A stretch of DNA of 63,471 bases, filler included, from Ministeria vibrans ATCC 50519 (Eukaryota; Protista; Filasterea): assembly GCA_943704425.1 (NCBI GenBank). It is 8 parts of 8 records of this genome, joined end to end, with 100 filler letters (N's around TTAATTAATTAA, not from the genome) between each part and the next. Parts side by side here need not be neighbours in the genome. Positions count along the whole stretch, not along the records: positions 12,339 to 19,967 come from CALSCP010002145.1; positions 20,068 to 40,105 come from CALSCP010002781.1; 6 more parts are not named here. One strand, 5' to 3'. Positions 18,630 to 37,737 of the stretch are shown here, one piece after another (position 1 is the first letter of the stretch; each line of letters starts with the position of its first letter). The position numbers were made by a program, and so were the translations under genes. The notes below the pieces were generated by a model. It searched no databases. It was not told the origin of the DNA and saw only the letters and a list, made by a program, of their open reading frames with translations.

Positions 18630-19895
18630 TGTTGCTTCTTCTGCTGCTGAGGTTGTGGCTGTGCGTTGCCGGAACTCTTAGGCCTTGTTGAGACCTGTTG
18701 CTTGCTTGAGGGCGTAGGCTTGGTCGTAGCCTGCTGCTTGAGTTGCTTACGCACCTCGTCGGCAGCCGCCTTGCGGGCAATAATGGCGAGAGCTTCCTTG
18801 CTCGGAGTCTCGTCCAAAAGTTCCATTGCGGCACGACGCTGGTCGGCTTTGCGTGTGGCCGTCTCTTCTTCGGTGAAGAGTTTGTGCGTCTCTTGAAAGA
18901 CAGCCTGGAGAATCGCGTCGGTTTGCTGCGCAAGATGCGTATCGACAGCACTATCCAGGCCTTCAAGGGCGGTGACGATGCTCGTTGACTCGAAGGTTTG
19001 GGTAAGGTAGCGCTTGTAGGTGTCGGTGTACTCTTGGAACCGAGCACGAAGGGTGTTGGGCCACTCGTTTAGTGACTGCTGGGCGGCAGTAAGCTCTTTT
19101 AACGGAACTCGCAAAAAAGTCGGAACAAGGTGCGTTCGCATTCTGATTTTGCGGCGAGAGCGGCGTTGGTTGTTTGCATGGCCGTCTCCTTAAGGCCGTT
19201 GCGGGAAGAGAGCTCAAGGGAAACCTTAATACGCAAAGATTTGGGAATAGTCTGCGTTGCGTTGAGCTCAGCAAGTTTTCCCAGCGTCTTCTTGGTCTTG
19301 GCAATGTCGCGCACCGCCGTAATGGCTTCCTTTCGCACAGCAGCGGCGAAGCTGGTCAGTTGCTCAAGCAGAGGCTTGAATATAACAGCGGGAGTAGTAG
19401 CGACGGGTTCGGCATCGTCAAGGGAGGCACGAGGGCGTTTACGCGACGAGGGTTAGGGTTAGGGTTAGGGTTAGGGTTAGGGTTTTGGCTGGCCAAGGCG
19501 ATGATGGTGGCGTTTGGTTGGGTGTTCTTGGGTGCAATGGATGAAGTTTGAGTTTGGATGGTGCGGTTCAGTCATTTAAGCTTTGACATGAGTCTTTGTG
19601 GCTTTGAGTGCCTGCTGAGCACGTTGTGTTTGTTTGTTTGCTCTTGTGTTTGTTAGTGTGGCGCGTTTTATTACTTTTGTGTGTGACTGTGTTGTTTTGT
19701 TAATGTTTGTGATTGTTTGTTTTTGATATTATGTGTGTTGTTTTGGTATTTGTTCTTTGGTGTTGCTTGTAGTATCCTCTTGTGTGTTTTTGTGTTTGAT
19801 GTGTGTGTTGAGGATCGCGATGTATTCCGAGTGGGCCCCATAAGCTGCTTGAGTATGTGTTAAACGTCTGAATACAATCGTAAAGTTCATGTCTC
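18630..19895 (-). mobile_element. Decayed telomere-attached retroelement fragment; probably the leader and coiled-coil ORF of an endonuclease-less Penelope-like element
   Basis: C/A-rich leader, internal (CCCTAA)6, and a frameshifted ~300-codon coiled-coil ORF containing IPKSLRIK, directly adjacent to the terminal telomeric array. No RT region is present, so the family call is inference. Confidence 0.6.
19449..19484 (+). repeat. Interstitial telomeric repeat (AGGGTT)6
   Basis: Six perfect hexamers inside the element. Confidence 0.97.
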
Positions 19896-19967
19896 GGTTA
19901 GGGTTAGGGTTAGGGTTAGGGTTAGGGTTAGGGTTAGGGTTAGGGTTAGGGTTAGGGTTAGGGTTAG
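19896..19967 (+). repeat. Telomeric array (GGTTAG)12 at contig end; probable chromosome terminus
   Basis: Perfect TTAGGG repeats with the G-rich strand running toward the contig end. Confidence 0.92.
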
Positions 19968-20374
19968 NNNNNNNNNNNNNNNNNNNNNNNNNNNNNNNNN
20001 NNNNNNNNNNNTTAATTAATTAANNNNNNNNNNNNNNNNNNNNNNNNNNNNNNNNNNNNNNNNNNNNAGAAGAGAGAAAGAAACAAAGTGATAGAGAGAG
20101 AGAAAAAAAAAAACAAAGTGATAGAGAGAGAGAGAGAAGAGAGAAAGAAACAAAGTAATAGAGAGAGAGAGAGAGAGAAGAGAGAAAGAAACAAAGTGAT
20201 AGAGAGAGAGAGGAGGGAGAAAGAAACAAAGTGATAGAGAGAGGAGGGAGGAGAGAGGAGGGAGAAAGAAACAAAGTGATAGAGAGAGAGCACAGTGATA
20301 CAGGGAGAAAGAACAAAGTGATACAGAGAGAAAGAACAATACAGAGAGAGAGGAGGGAGAAACAACCAAAGGAA

Positions 20375-20424
<50 letters not shown>

Positions 20425-20630
20425 AAAACCAGAAAAGAGAATCTGATGTGTTGTTTTGGTGTCATTTTGTTTAGCGGACTCTCAACCGGGACTGTACGAT
20501 AATTTACTGTTTTATTTCAAGTATTTGCACGAACGAATTAGTCGGAAAAAGAAAGAATTGATGGCGGAAAAGGAGAAAAACGCGAGTGTAAAGTCTTAAG
20601 CAGGGAATAAAAAGTGTATTATTTATGTTA

Positions 20631-23377
20631 TTATGACTGTGACGGCTCTTCATCCGATGAGTCTGAGACTGTAAAGGGCGTTTGGTCTATTAATAGAGAA
20701 TGTGTAAGAAAAGCAGCATTGGAAAATTGACTCGGGAGAAAATAATAATATAGTTTGACAGAAAACGGTCACACAATTACACATGAGAGTTGTGTGTGTG
20801 TTCTTCGCTGAGAGTTATAGCATAATGAGACAGCAAACTGAGTTATTAACCGACCCGTACACACTGAGACAGACAAACGCACTGAATAGTTGAAAATTAC
20901 CCGTAACAAAAGGGATAGAGGGAGGACTAAGAGGCACAGTGCGAGCAGCAACGCCCAATGTCTGCTGCGCCTGTGTCTTGCGCACGCGAGGTGGACTCTT
21001 CAGTGCTGCTTTGATACGCGCCACTTCGTTCAATCTACATCAAAATTCCTCACACAATAAGTTGCATACTCAATCTTCATATTTTGTGAGCGAGTGTGTG
21101 GTGCTGTTGTTGTGTATGTTTTACGCGTGAACCCAATTTTGCGCCGTGTGATAATCATCTGCGCAAAACACATAAGTTCTGTGTCTCGTTGAAACCTATT
21201 CATAACGCCCCCGGCAAAACAAAATGAAAAAATAAAATAAAATTCTATTCCACTCTTTTTTGTTTTTAGAGTGGTTTACTTCAAATTTGAATGACTTGTC
21301 GTTTTTTTCTTCTCCCAAGTGTTTTGCCACATTTCGTCCAACCTAAGTTTTATCGCTATGAAAAACAAACAAAATGATTATTGATATAAATAAATTACCC
21401 TCAAATCGTCAGATTTCAATGTGAACGCATTCACTTTTTCCTTTTCCTACAAATCAGATTATTAATAACATTATTATTATTCTTGTTATTATAATTATAA
21501 TATTTTTGTAATTGGAATAGAATCTAATAATGCCATTGATTCTTACCAAGTTGGATTTGTAGTACGAAACAGTCTGCGAGGGCCGATCCAGAACGACCCA
21601 GCGACGCTTGAACACCTATACAAGCAGACACATTTGAATGAAGATCGCTATATTCTTCGTATTGTAGATAGAGTTAGAGTGCACCTTTGGGTTTCCTTCT
21701 TTTAAGAGATATCCTCTCAGTGTCTAGGTGCAGGAAAGAAGAATGAGAATAAGATGTGACACGTATGTGCAGTACGCGTGATTTGATGAGCGACTCTTTC
21801 GCTGCGGTTTCTCGGATTGCGAGAACCCACTAAAGAAAAGCAAAGTAGAAAACGTCGAGTGAGAATAACATAAGAACAATCACACATAAATAACACAACA
21901 GTCACACATGCCCACACAACAAAACACACACAAGCACCTCTGCGGCAACTTCGCCGGATGAAGCGGTGAGAACAAACGTCTTCTTGGCACAGAAGCAGAC
22001 GTCGAGCGAGAGAGGAGCAGTGGGAGATGTGGTGACGCCGGTCAGATCAGAGAGAAGGAGGATACCGACGGGAGTAGAGGAGAGTGCTGGTTGGGATGCA
22101 CTGGTGGGACTAGCAGCAGAAGCAACAGCAGTAGGAGTAGTCGTAGTAGTGGCAGTAGTGATGGTGGCGGTGTTAGAAGTGTTGGCTGATGCTGCTGTGG
22201 TAAGAGGGTCTGCGTCGCGTTTAAAGAGAAGCAGTCGGTCCCATTGCAGCACAAAGAATCGTCGTTTCGCAGACGCCTACGCATATTTTTTATTATGCTA
22301 TATTCATGTCGTTTTTGCTGCACACACCTGTTTCGAGTGGATTTCAAGCCAGCCCGTTTTGAGAGCTGACTTGACAGCTTCAGCAACACTCTCCTGTCCG
22401 CGCTCGCCGGCACCCGAAAGGGCTGCAGGTGACGATGTTGTGATGGACGAGGCGGCCGAGCCACGAATGCTGCTGCGGAATGTGTTGCGGAAGCCCGATG
22501 TCACGGACGAGGCGACAGTCGTGGCCATCATCGCCGGTGGGTTCGCGGTGAGTTCCTCTTGACTTCCACGCGCGCTCCGATGTCGACTGTCCCCGCTTTC
22601 CTCGTCACTTGACTCGTCGCTTTCAGGCGCCGACCGTAACATCTCGTCCTGCATGCATCATTCGAACACAGATTGACAAAACAAAGTGAGTCGGAGAGAG
22701 AAACAAAGTGATAGAGACAGAGAAAGAGAGAAAGAGACGTAAGAGACGTAAGAGGGCCACACGACTATTCTTAAATAAACAACAATACTTACACCCATCA
22801 TCAGGTTGGTAGTCAGCACGACATACTTCAAGTCCTCCTCCGTTCGAATCCACGGTTCGCTCAGCGCTGCACGACCGCGCTCTTGACTCAGATCAACGTC
22901 GCGCATAGTCTGCAAAATGGCCTTGTTGGCAGCTACGCAGAGGATGCGGGGGGGGTTAGTAGGCGCTGGCGACCGTGCCAAGGGCAGTTGAAGCTCGAAT
23001 GGTCGTTTGGATTGTGACTGACCAATGCGAGAGTTGAGCAGAGCAACGTCGTTGGCGGGCGTGCTGGCCAGGGCGCCCCCATCGTCGTCGGGCAAGGTCT
23101 GAATGACCGCCTTGGACGACATGGCCCTCTCCAATTCGGCCAGGGCGCCCCGAGCCAGCCGAACTTGTTCGCGGAGCTTTACAAACTGGTTTAAAAAAAA
23201 ACGGTAAATATTGCGATGAAAAAGTCAAGAATGGCAGACACTTACACGATCGGCATCGTTCATAAGCACATCGGCAAGGACAACAGAGAGGTCTCCATCG
23301 GAAATGGGCACCACAGTGGCGAGTTTGGTCCCATTTACACTGGCAAACAGTTTCTCGTCGGCAAACAACAATTCCAT
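20631..23377 (-). CDS. Tandem PH-domain protein (multi-exon; last exon tentative)
   Basis: PH1: KTGWLEIHSKQ|ASAKRRFFVLQWDRLLLFK...KTFVLTASSGEVAAE|WVLAI. PH2: LRGYLLKEGNPK|VFKRRWVVLD...VSYYK...FKFE|VSTRHRTYVFCADDYHTAQNWVHAL. Confidence 0.8.
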
Positions 23378-23565
23378 GTTATTCAATTGATATTGATCAA
23401 TCGACAATAACAACAAAAGACGTAGCGAGCAGCTGCTTCACTCTCCTCTGTTTTTTCCGAAGGTGATTAAATAGTTTAATAGTGTTTCAAAAATAGTATT
23501 CTTATTCACTTATTTGACTACTATTCACACTTTTTCTCTGCACGTTCTCTGAACCCTCTGCATCC

Positions 23566-24806
23566 ATGAGCAGCTCTGCTGTGCTGGAACGAGGATGGAT
23601 CCCAATGGAGGGTGATCAGAATGAGTACATTTGGCACTTGAGTCGCGAGGGAGACGCTGTGACACGCACCGTTGAAGTCGAACTGTGCATCTCAAACCTC
23701 GCTCTGTTGTGGTACCACAGGTTCTCGCTGGACGAGCTGGCTGAGACCCTGCAGGTGCGGTGAGGGCGGTGGTCTGTGTGTGTGTGTGTGTGTGGATCCA
23801 AGTGAGCCTGACAGTGCGCATGGCTCATTCCTGTAGAGACTCAACAACGGCATTTACACGGACAACCAACCAGAAGACATGTACAAGATTTTTGTGAACA
23901 TTCTTTCCAATGCACACATGCACTCGTGCTGGACTGTTCGCAAAGCGGTGAGTCAGTGTGGATTGTGAACGGTACGCTGCGCACTGGCAGAGTAAACGCC
24001 GGTTGGTGTGTGTAGGACGAAGACACACTCGTTGTCCGTGTGGTCTATACTCCGCCCAACGCAACATTTGACATGACCTGGGAGAGTGAGTGTACTCTGG
24101 ACAGGAGCGGGGAGCGTATGAAAGAAACGCTGCTTGTGCCCATCATGTCATTGTTGCAACGACACAAGCGTCTTGTCGAGGAGGACACCCACAAGCCGTA
24201 TCTCTCGCAATCCTCTGGGTCCTTTTCGGCCTCGACTCGTCGTACAGGGAGCACCGACTCGAGTCGATTTGATGTCTATTCCACGCGGGTATTTGAGGAT
24301 TATGTAAGAGAGCAAGTGCTGCACACACCCCGTTGCTGATTCCGAACACACACATACACACACGCACGATATTATATTTAATTATGATTGTATCAATAAT
24401 AACTTTATTATAGGTGCCAGTGACGAACGATCGAGCAAAAGACCTTTTTGGAGAGAAGGAGCTGCGGAGTATGATTGAATGGGCTGCGCATCGAAATGAG
24501 AAGGCACAGCGGGAGCACGACGGTCTGCAGCCTCTCGGGTCGCAGACCGCGACAGTGCTTGACGCTGAACCGTCGCTTTTTGTGCCCACTCTGTCCAGTG
24601 TTGAAGTGGCAAACGGCGAGAGTGTCTTTGCAGGAGCGACAACAAATGGGCGAGACGTGTCGTCGAGAAAGCGACCGGCAGATGTCAGCGATCTGGACGA
24701 GGTAGGGTCCACTGCGGACCAGGCAAGCACCAGTGTCGAGGGAGCGCCCAAGGCACCCACCATTGTGTATGCGCAGAAGAAAAAGATTCGGAAACGAGGA
24801 CTGTAA
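23566..24806 (+). CDS. NHEJ1: XLF/Cernunnos-like non-homologous end-joining factor
   Basis: Four exons. Head-domain pattern (ELCISNLALLWYH, RLNN, TLVVRV, TWESECTL, LLVPIMSL) and C-terminal basic Ku-binding-like motif KKKIRKRGL*. Confidence 0.65.
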
Positions 24807-24974
24807 CACCAAGGCGTACAACCTTTATTAATTTATTTATTTATTTTTCAATAACGTCTTACATTATGATTGATAATATTAATTATTATTCATGAATCGT
24901 TAAGCTTTTCAAGTGTATTTAATAATTTTAGTTTTTTTTCTTATAACTTATATCTGAATCTGTGAATTCATATC

Positions 24975-27784
<2,810 letters not shown>

Positions 27785-27923
27785 ATGTGTGGGTCTGTCG
27801 TTCCTTTTCCCCTCCTTCTTGCCCTCTCTTTCTCCTTTTGAAGTAGTATTACATTCATGTTTAGATACATTTGATAGAAAAAAAGGGATTGGAAAAAGTA
27901 TAGAGATCGAGAGGAAGACAGTT

Positions 27924-29479
27924 TCAGGAATCGTGAGAGAAAGCATGTTTGAAAAACTCATAGACAGACCAGCAGATGGCAGTGGAGGGGGTCTGGAAGA
28001 TGACACGAGCCGAGAGGCCCTTGAAGAAACCCTAAAGAAAACCGGGAAAGAAGAGGTGAGTGAGGCGCAAAATGAGTGTGAGTATGACGTGAGTGACGAG
28101 AGTGCGTGGGTGTCAAGTGAGCGTGAGTATGTGATTAAGTGGCGCTTGATGAATGGAATAGAGGGACAACTTGAATGAATTATTGCGGAATCGAGTGATG
28201 GGCTGACGTACTCGGGGTCCGTGGTTGAGCTTGATGTAGCGAACAGCGTCGGTCATAGAGTCGACGCGGTGCGCCTGGGAGATCACACTGCGCTCCTGTG
28301 TGTTAAGTAGTGTCTTGGCGACGTCCATCGGCGTGGTCACGGCCGCAGCAAATGCGCCTGCTCCGCCACCCGCGATAATGTGAGTCATGGGACTGTAGTG
28401 CCCTGCGTGACAGACGAAAAGAAAAGAGTCAGTGCACGTAATGTTTTTTTTCTATGTACTTGTTGGGTTACCTTGAGGGTTCAATGTGCGCTGGAGATAC
28501 TCATATGTCACAAAGTGTACTGTTTGAAATGGAATGTTCATTGAGAGTTGTGTTGGATACGATCGGTAAAACTAAAACAGACAAATTATATCATCTTTTC
28601 CTCTCTTTTCTCTCTTACTCTCTTACTCTCTCTCTCTCTCTTTAGTGTATGTATGTGTGTGTTAATACCGCCCAAAGTCCTTCGCTTCGTAAGGTCGTTC
28701 GTAGGCAATCCATGACGCTTACGTAAGGGCTCTTGTACATTTGCATTCGTTGCTTGACCACTATACCATGATAGACAGAACCAATCAGACAACCCACCAT
28801 CGGCCGTTTTCTGCGATCGTTTTCTTAATACCGTCAAAAGGATTCATTACACCATCGTGAACGAGAGTCGCCAAGACACCCGCAGAGCCTGAAAATGACA
28901 AAAATGATAACATTAGCAGTTGATGACAAAAAGGAACATCTCATCCCTCACTCTCCCTCCACCATGCGCATAATCGCAATGGCGCGGGGCGTGCTGGCGC
29001 CTACCTGACGCAATGGGGTGGTGGAGACCGTCGTTTGCGTTGCCCCCAAAGGCATTCTTGAAGTATTCGTAGACACTAAAGTAGGCAGCATGTGCGGGAC
29101 CGGCGCCGAGAAAGACGGCCGTGAAGCCGCGCAGCGTGACGCGGAACCCGCCTGCTTCCGTCAGCAACATGCGGAAGGTCTGTCGTACACCCTTGTACGG
29201 CGCCGTCTTGTCCAGACTCTGCATTCGCGTCTGTCAAAATGAAGAAATCCGGATGAGTGTCACAATAGAAGAAAAAAGAATCGCACAGTTAGACGTCGTC
29301 AGCGCATTGCACACGGCCCCCTCCGCGGTCCCTCCACACCCCCGTACCTTGACTGTGTCGATGGGAAACATGGCGCAATGCTCCATGATGCCGGCAGCAG
29401 CGCCTGCCGCCAAGTGCACATAGAGTTTCTCTTGGGCTGGCAACGACTCATAGTCAATCTCGTCCACGAGCTGCGCCAT
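27924..29479 (-). CDS. Mitoferrin (SLC25A37/28, MRS3/4-like) mitochondrial iron carrier
   Basis: [26 protein letters not shown]|[58 protein letters not shown]. Confidence 0.95.
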
Positions 29480-29669
29480 CACGATTTGGGGACTAGTTCT
29501 TTCAGTGGAGGAACAAGCCCGGGACAAAAATGATTAATGAACGGAGCGAGAATGAGATGAGATGAGTTGGGGAAGAATCGATCACTCGATGTTGACTGTC
29601 GAAGATTTACGATTATTCACTCATTGCTTTTCTTTACTACCCAATCACACGTCGTAGGTGATCGTCCAA

Positions 29670-33307
<3,638 letters not shown>

Positions 33308-33630
33308 GTGTGCCTGTGACAGGGTGAGGAGTGAGTGGAGTACGCATGTGAGAAGAGAGTTCAGAACGATAAAGATGCAAATGAGATACACGACTTTATA
33401 AATCAATATTAAACTTTTTGTTATGTATTGTCAATTTGGAATACTCTCGAGTTTACGAGAGTAGCGATTGACGGAGTGGTGAATGTGTGCCTCGAGGTGG
33501 GTTTTGTTTGAGGTTATCAAGAATGATAAACTCAAGTTAACTAATATCAACATTAATTTTGAATTGTGATAATAATTAGATTTTTAACAATTTTTTTTCA
33601 TACGTCGTTTCCGGAATCGTTTTGATCAGC

Positions 33631-33987
33631 ATGGCGGACAAGGCAAAGGGGCTGGTGCATGCGTTGCATCTGGTTAAATTGACGGGCTCGCTCAGCAACA
33701 AACATCCACGCATTCGCCAGACACTGCTGGCGCTGGGTCTCAGGAAGCGCATGAGGCCTGTTGTACACAAAAACACTCCCATGATCAACGGCATGCTCGA
33801 CAAGGTCTGTGCCGACACTGAGAGAAGCAGATGAGATGAAGAGAAAAAAATTGACTTTTGATTTGATGGTCTGTCGCGCTCCTCCTCTCTTCTTCTTCCA
33901 TCCACTGTCCGTAGGTCCGCGATCTCGTTAAAGTTACTCCTATTATGGTCCGCGAGGAAGCCATTCCGCGCGACAGATTACAGGTAA

Positions 33988-34029
<42 letters not shown>

Positions 34030-34389
34030 TTTTCTGTCTGTCTCTCTCTCTCTCTCTCGCTCGCTCTCGCTCCACTGCACTTGGATGGTCACGCGCGCAC
34101 GTGTATGTAACCACACATGTTGTTTTTTTTGTCATAGGCGATGTTTGCGGACCCCAACTCGCCGACGCTGCTGTCCAGTCGCGGAGACTTCTTCAACTTT
34201 GTCGTGTCGGACGAGACAGTGCCGCCTGCGGTGCGCACGGCACAGGGACAGATCCGCGAGGAGATCGAGGAACAGTCGATGATCCCGCCCACTGCCAAAG
34301 CGGCCGAGGCGCTGCAAAAGCCCAAGGCGATTCCTGTGCGTTCCACCTACCGTCTCGGCCGAGTGCGCGCACGCCACGGGAACAAGTGA
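33631..34389 (+). CDS. MRPL30: Mitochondrial ribosomal protein uL30m
   Basis: L30 fold LHLVKLTGS...TLLALGL...VVHKNTPMINGMLDK|VRDLVKVTPI. Three exons. Confidence 0.85.
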
Positions 34390-34537
34390 GCTCGTTTGTG
34401 CTTTGTCACTTCCACACTTGCACCGGTTCTGTACAGACAAACATACATACACTATAACTATTCGACTTCTCAAGTGACACAGTCGTCGGTGTGGGCTGAT
34501 CAAGTGACGATTATAAAGTACTGCGTGAATGTATCTT

Positions 34538-35458
34538 TTAAGGTGCGTACACCCGATCAATATGGAAATCCAGTTCGGTCGTCGGCACCTCATCACACAC
34601 CTGTGCAGAGAGAGCAATAGCGACCGTCGAGAGAGAGGGGCTATAATGCAAAAAAAACACAAAAAAAAAAATAAAATAAGAGCTCACAAAAGACAATAAA
34701 AAAGTCGTGTTGGTATTACCGATTGTGCTCTTGGGCCCATTTCGCATAGCGGCACAGATACTTGTCATAGTAGCCTGCCCCGTGGCCTAGTCTGTCGCCT
34801 GTGAGGAAGGGGCATCACAGAGTCAAACGACAGTCAACACAACAGATGAGATTGAATACCGCTTAGTGTGATGCCCAGACAGGGCACAATCATAACGTCG
34901 AGTCCTTCGGGCGAGTCGAGCGCATTCTCACAGCCCTCAGCGCTCGAGTGTTGTCTACGGGAGGTTGAGCGTCTCGTGGTGATCCATTAAGGCACAGCGG
35001 ATGTGCTGATGTACCTGATGTTCCAACGTGTCAGGGGCAATGTGTGCAGTTCTTCCATTGAGTGCACCCGCAGCATCTCCATCGTGCTTCCCTTGTAGTA
35101 CGGGATGTAGCAGCGTCGACCCGTCTTCAACAGCGTCTCTAGAATCAGCGTAGTGTCTACTTCCGTGTCCATTGCCTGATTGAGAAGGAGTGATCGATTC
35201 TTTTGCGTTCTTCTTGCTCCTTCGTGTTATCTACCAAGTAAACTGCAACGGACTGAGCTTCCTGAAAGAGGGGGTCGGCCAACATCTTCGCTTGCACAGC
35301 GGCGCTCTCAGCAGCTCGTTCGGCAAGACTCATCGAAGCTATTCTCTACAGCGAATCACAGGGTAAGCATTAACAAAAGAGCTGTGCGGGTGGACAAACG
35401 GAACTACCTTGGTCACAAGTGCCCTCAATGCCTTCTTGGCAGCATTCGCAGCGGCCAT
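34538..35458 (-). CDS. MTHFS: 5-formyltetrahydrofolate cyclo-ligase
   Basis: AKKALR, MDTEVDT, CYIP, WNI, LDVMIVP, RLGHGAGYYDKYL, D.HID motifs over several exons. Confidence 0.93.
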
Positions 35459-35786
35459 GGTCGTGATTGGTGCAATGAATTATAATAAGTAATTAACAGT
35501 GAGTCAGTGAGTCAGTGACGGTGCACCATGAATGACGACACGGATGACCGAATGAGTGGGCCATTATCTCAAACGAAGTTCGATCTGCACGCACACTCAA
35601 GCACACTGCTGCACGCACACTCAAGCACACTGCTGCACTGACTGCACGCGAGGCCACCGTCGAGAACCTGAGCCCCGAGATGAGCCAGTGTGTTCACACC
35701 ACTCGGTACTTTTAAATAAGAAATGACACTTGGACAACGATGTGATTCGATTCTTTTTTAAACAAGTGGGGTTTGTACTTTTCTGC

Positions 35787-36334
35787 TTACAGACGGCGAC
35801 CACGGCGGCCACCCTTTGCGCGGGTGCTGTCAGTCGGGATGGGAGTGACGTCCTCAATGCGGCCAATCTTCATGCCGGCACGGGCAAGGGCGCGCAGAGC
35901 AGCCTGGGCACCGGGGCCCGGCGACTTGGTCTTGGTGCCGCCCGTGGCGCGCAGCTTGATGTGCAGAGCAGACACGTTCAGCTCCTTGCAGCGGTTAGCC
36001 ACATCCTGTGCTGCCAACATAGCGGCGTAGGGCGATGCCTAAAAAAAAAAAAGCATGCCGTTAAGAAACACCACGTCCTTCACTAGTCTCGCTCGTTACC
36101 TCGTCACGGTCAGCCTTGACCTTCATGCCGCCGGTAACGCGCACGTACGTCTCGCGGCCGCTAAGGTCAGTCACGTGGACGAATGTGTCGTTGAAGCTGG
36201 CAAAGATGTGTGCAATTCCTGGACGAGACAAAACGAGACAGAGCGAGAATCAGCAAGAAGCAAGAATAAACCATAGGGCACCACTGCGGACGGCACAACA
36301 AGACCACAAAACGAGAACAAGCATAGCCCTCTCA

Positions 36335-36367
<33 letters not shown>

Positions 36368-36543
36368 AGAGAGAGAGACACACACACACACGCACAATAC
36401 ACACACTTCACATCATCTCTCTCTCTCTCTCTCAAAAGTTTCCTTCCTATTGTGCCCTTACCGTAAACGATCTCGCCCTCACGGACGGTGGGACCGAGCT
36501 GGATCTCCTCTACAACCTTGGGCGCCTTCTTCGCACGAGACAT
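35787..36543 (-). CDS. RPS14: 40S ribosomal protein S14 (uS11)
   Basis: [85 protein letters not shown]. Three coding exons. Confidence 0.98.
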
Positions 36544-37737
36544 TGTCTATGGAACAAAAACAAAAATTAATGAGAACTGAGACCAAAAAAAAAAAAAAAA
36601 AAAAAAAAAGAACACGAAATGAAGCGATCACAGCAGAAGAAGGGAAGAAGAGTGCGCCAAAAGAACCAACGATTAGAATGCTGAAAAAGGCTCTTTGGGC
36701 TCGACAGAAGTAACTTTGAAGAAACAGAGAAGAAAAAAAAAAGCGAGTGGAGAAGAGAGAGAGAGAGAACTCGAAAAGAGAGCGGGGCAAGCGGACTGTG
36801 GGTCGCTGGGGTGGAGGAGGGGCGCAGACACAGGAGGGAGGGCACGGCAGCCGTCTCCAAACAGCGCCCATTGCGTCCGGCGTGTGCACGAACGAAAAAA
36901 ANNNNNNNNNNAAAAAAAAAAAAAGGGAACGAAAAAAGGGGTGACGGGCAGGCGGGGGCGTCAGATGCGACGAGGAGGGTTCCATGGAGAGAGGTATGTC
37001 GCATAGAGGGGCGAAAAGGGCGGGTTTGCACTTGGATCAATGGGCGCAAGCGGACCAGAGTGCCTTGGTGTGCGGCTCTGGGGCGACGCAGAGGGACCAG
37101 CGCCGCGTGAACCGCCTGGCTGCCGTGGTGGCAGGTATCGCAACATGGTGGAGGCGCACGCGCGCAGCGGCAAAGGCTGCCAAGAGGCAGAGCGACGAGC
37201 AAAAAGGCGAAAAATCCGAAAAACGAAAAAGCCACGCGATGGCACATCCGCAAGGAGAAACAGCGGGCCACGCATTGCGAACAGCAGAGACAGCCCTCAA
37301 CTGGTGTCCACACGGAGCGGCGCGAGCAGCCAAAACTTGGAGAGGCGAAACACAGAGAAGAGAAGCACAAAGAGAACACTCGGACGCACACACAGACACA
37401 CACGCCTCTCTTGCACGCAGACACACACGCACACACACACACACACACACACAAACACAACCCTACCGAAACAGAGAGAATAAAAAAGACCAAACGTGAA
37501 ACGTTCGCATTGTATGAGTATCTTCTCCAACTCGCTCCAACTTCCCCCATTTCCTTTCGATCAGGAGTGGAGAGGAAAGAGACGTCAAGCAAACACGAGA
37601 TCAAACAGTTGCTGAAAGGGCAGTGAACACCATTCAGTCGCTCTCTCCAAGGAAGTGAAAGTACATTTTTCTCGAATTAGATCGAGTAGTGACGGTCACT
37701 CAGTCACAAATTTCGGCCTAAATCAGGCGTGGGGTCC

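Noticed and set aside
20769-20815. CAAX-like ending (CVIV*) for the PH-domain protein
   Set aside because: Splice phase does not fit; a phase-compatible terminal exon ending at 20631 is more plausible.
36245-36420. Possible C/D snoRNA in an RPS14 intron
   Set aside because: C box is degenerate, the span is too long and filled with microsatellite, and no guide could be identified.
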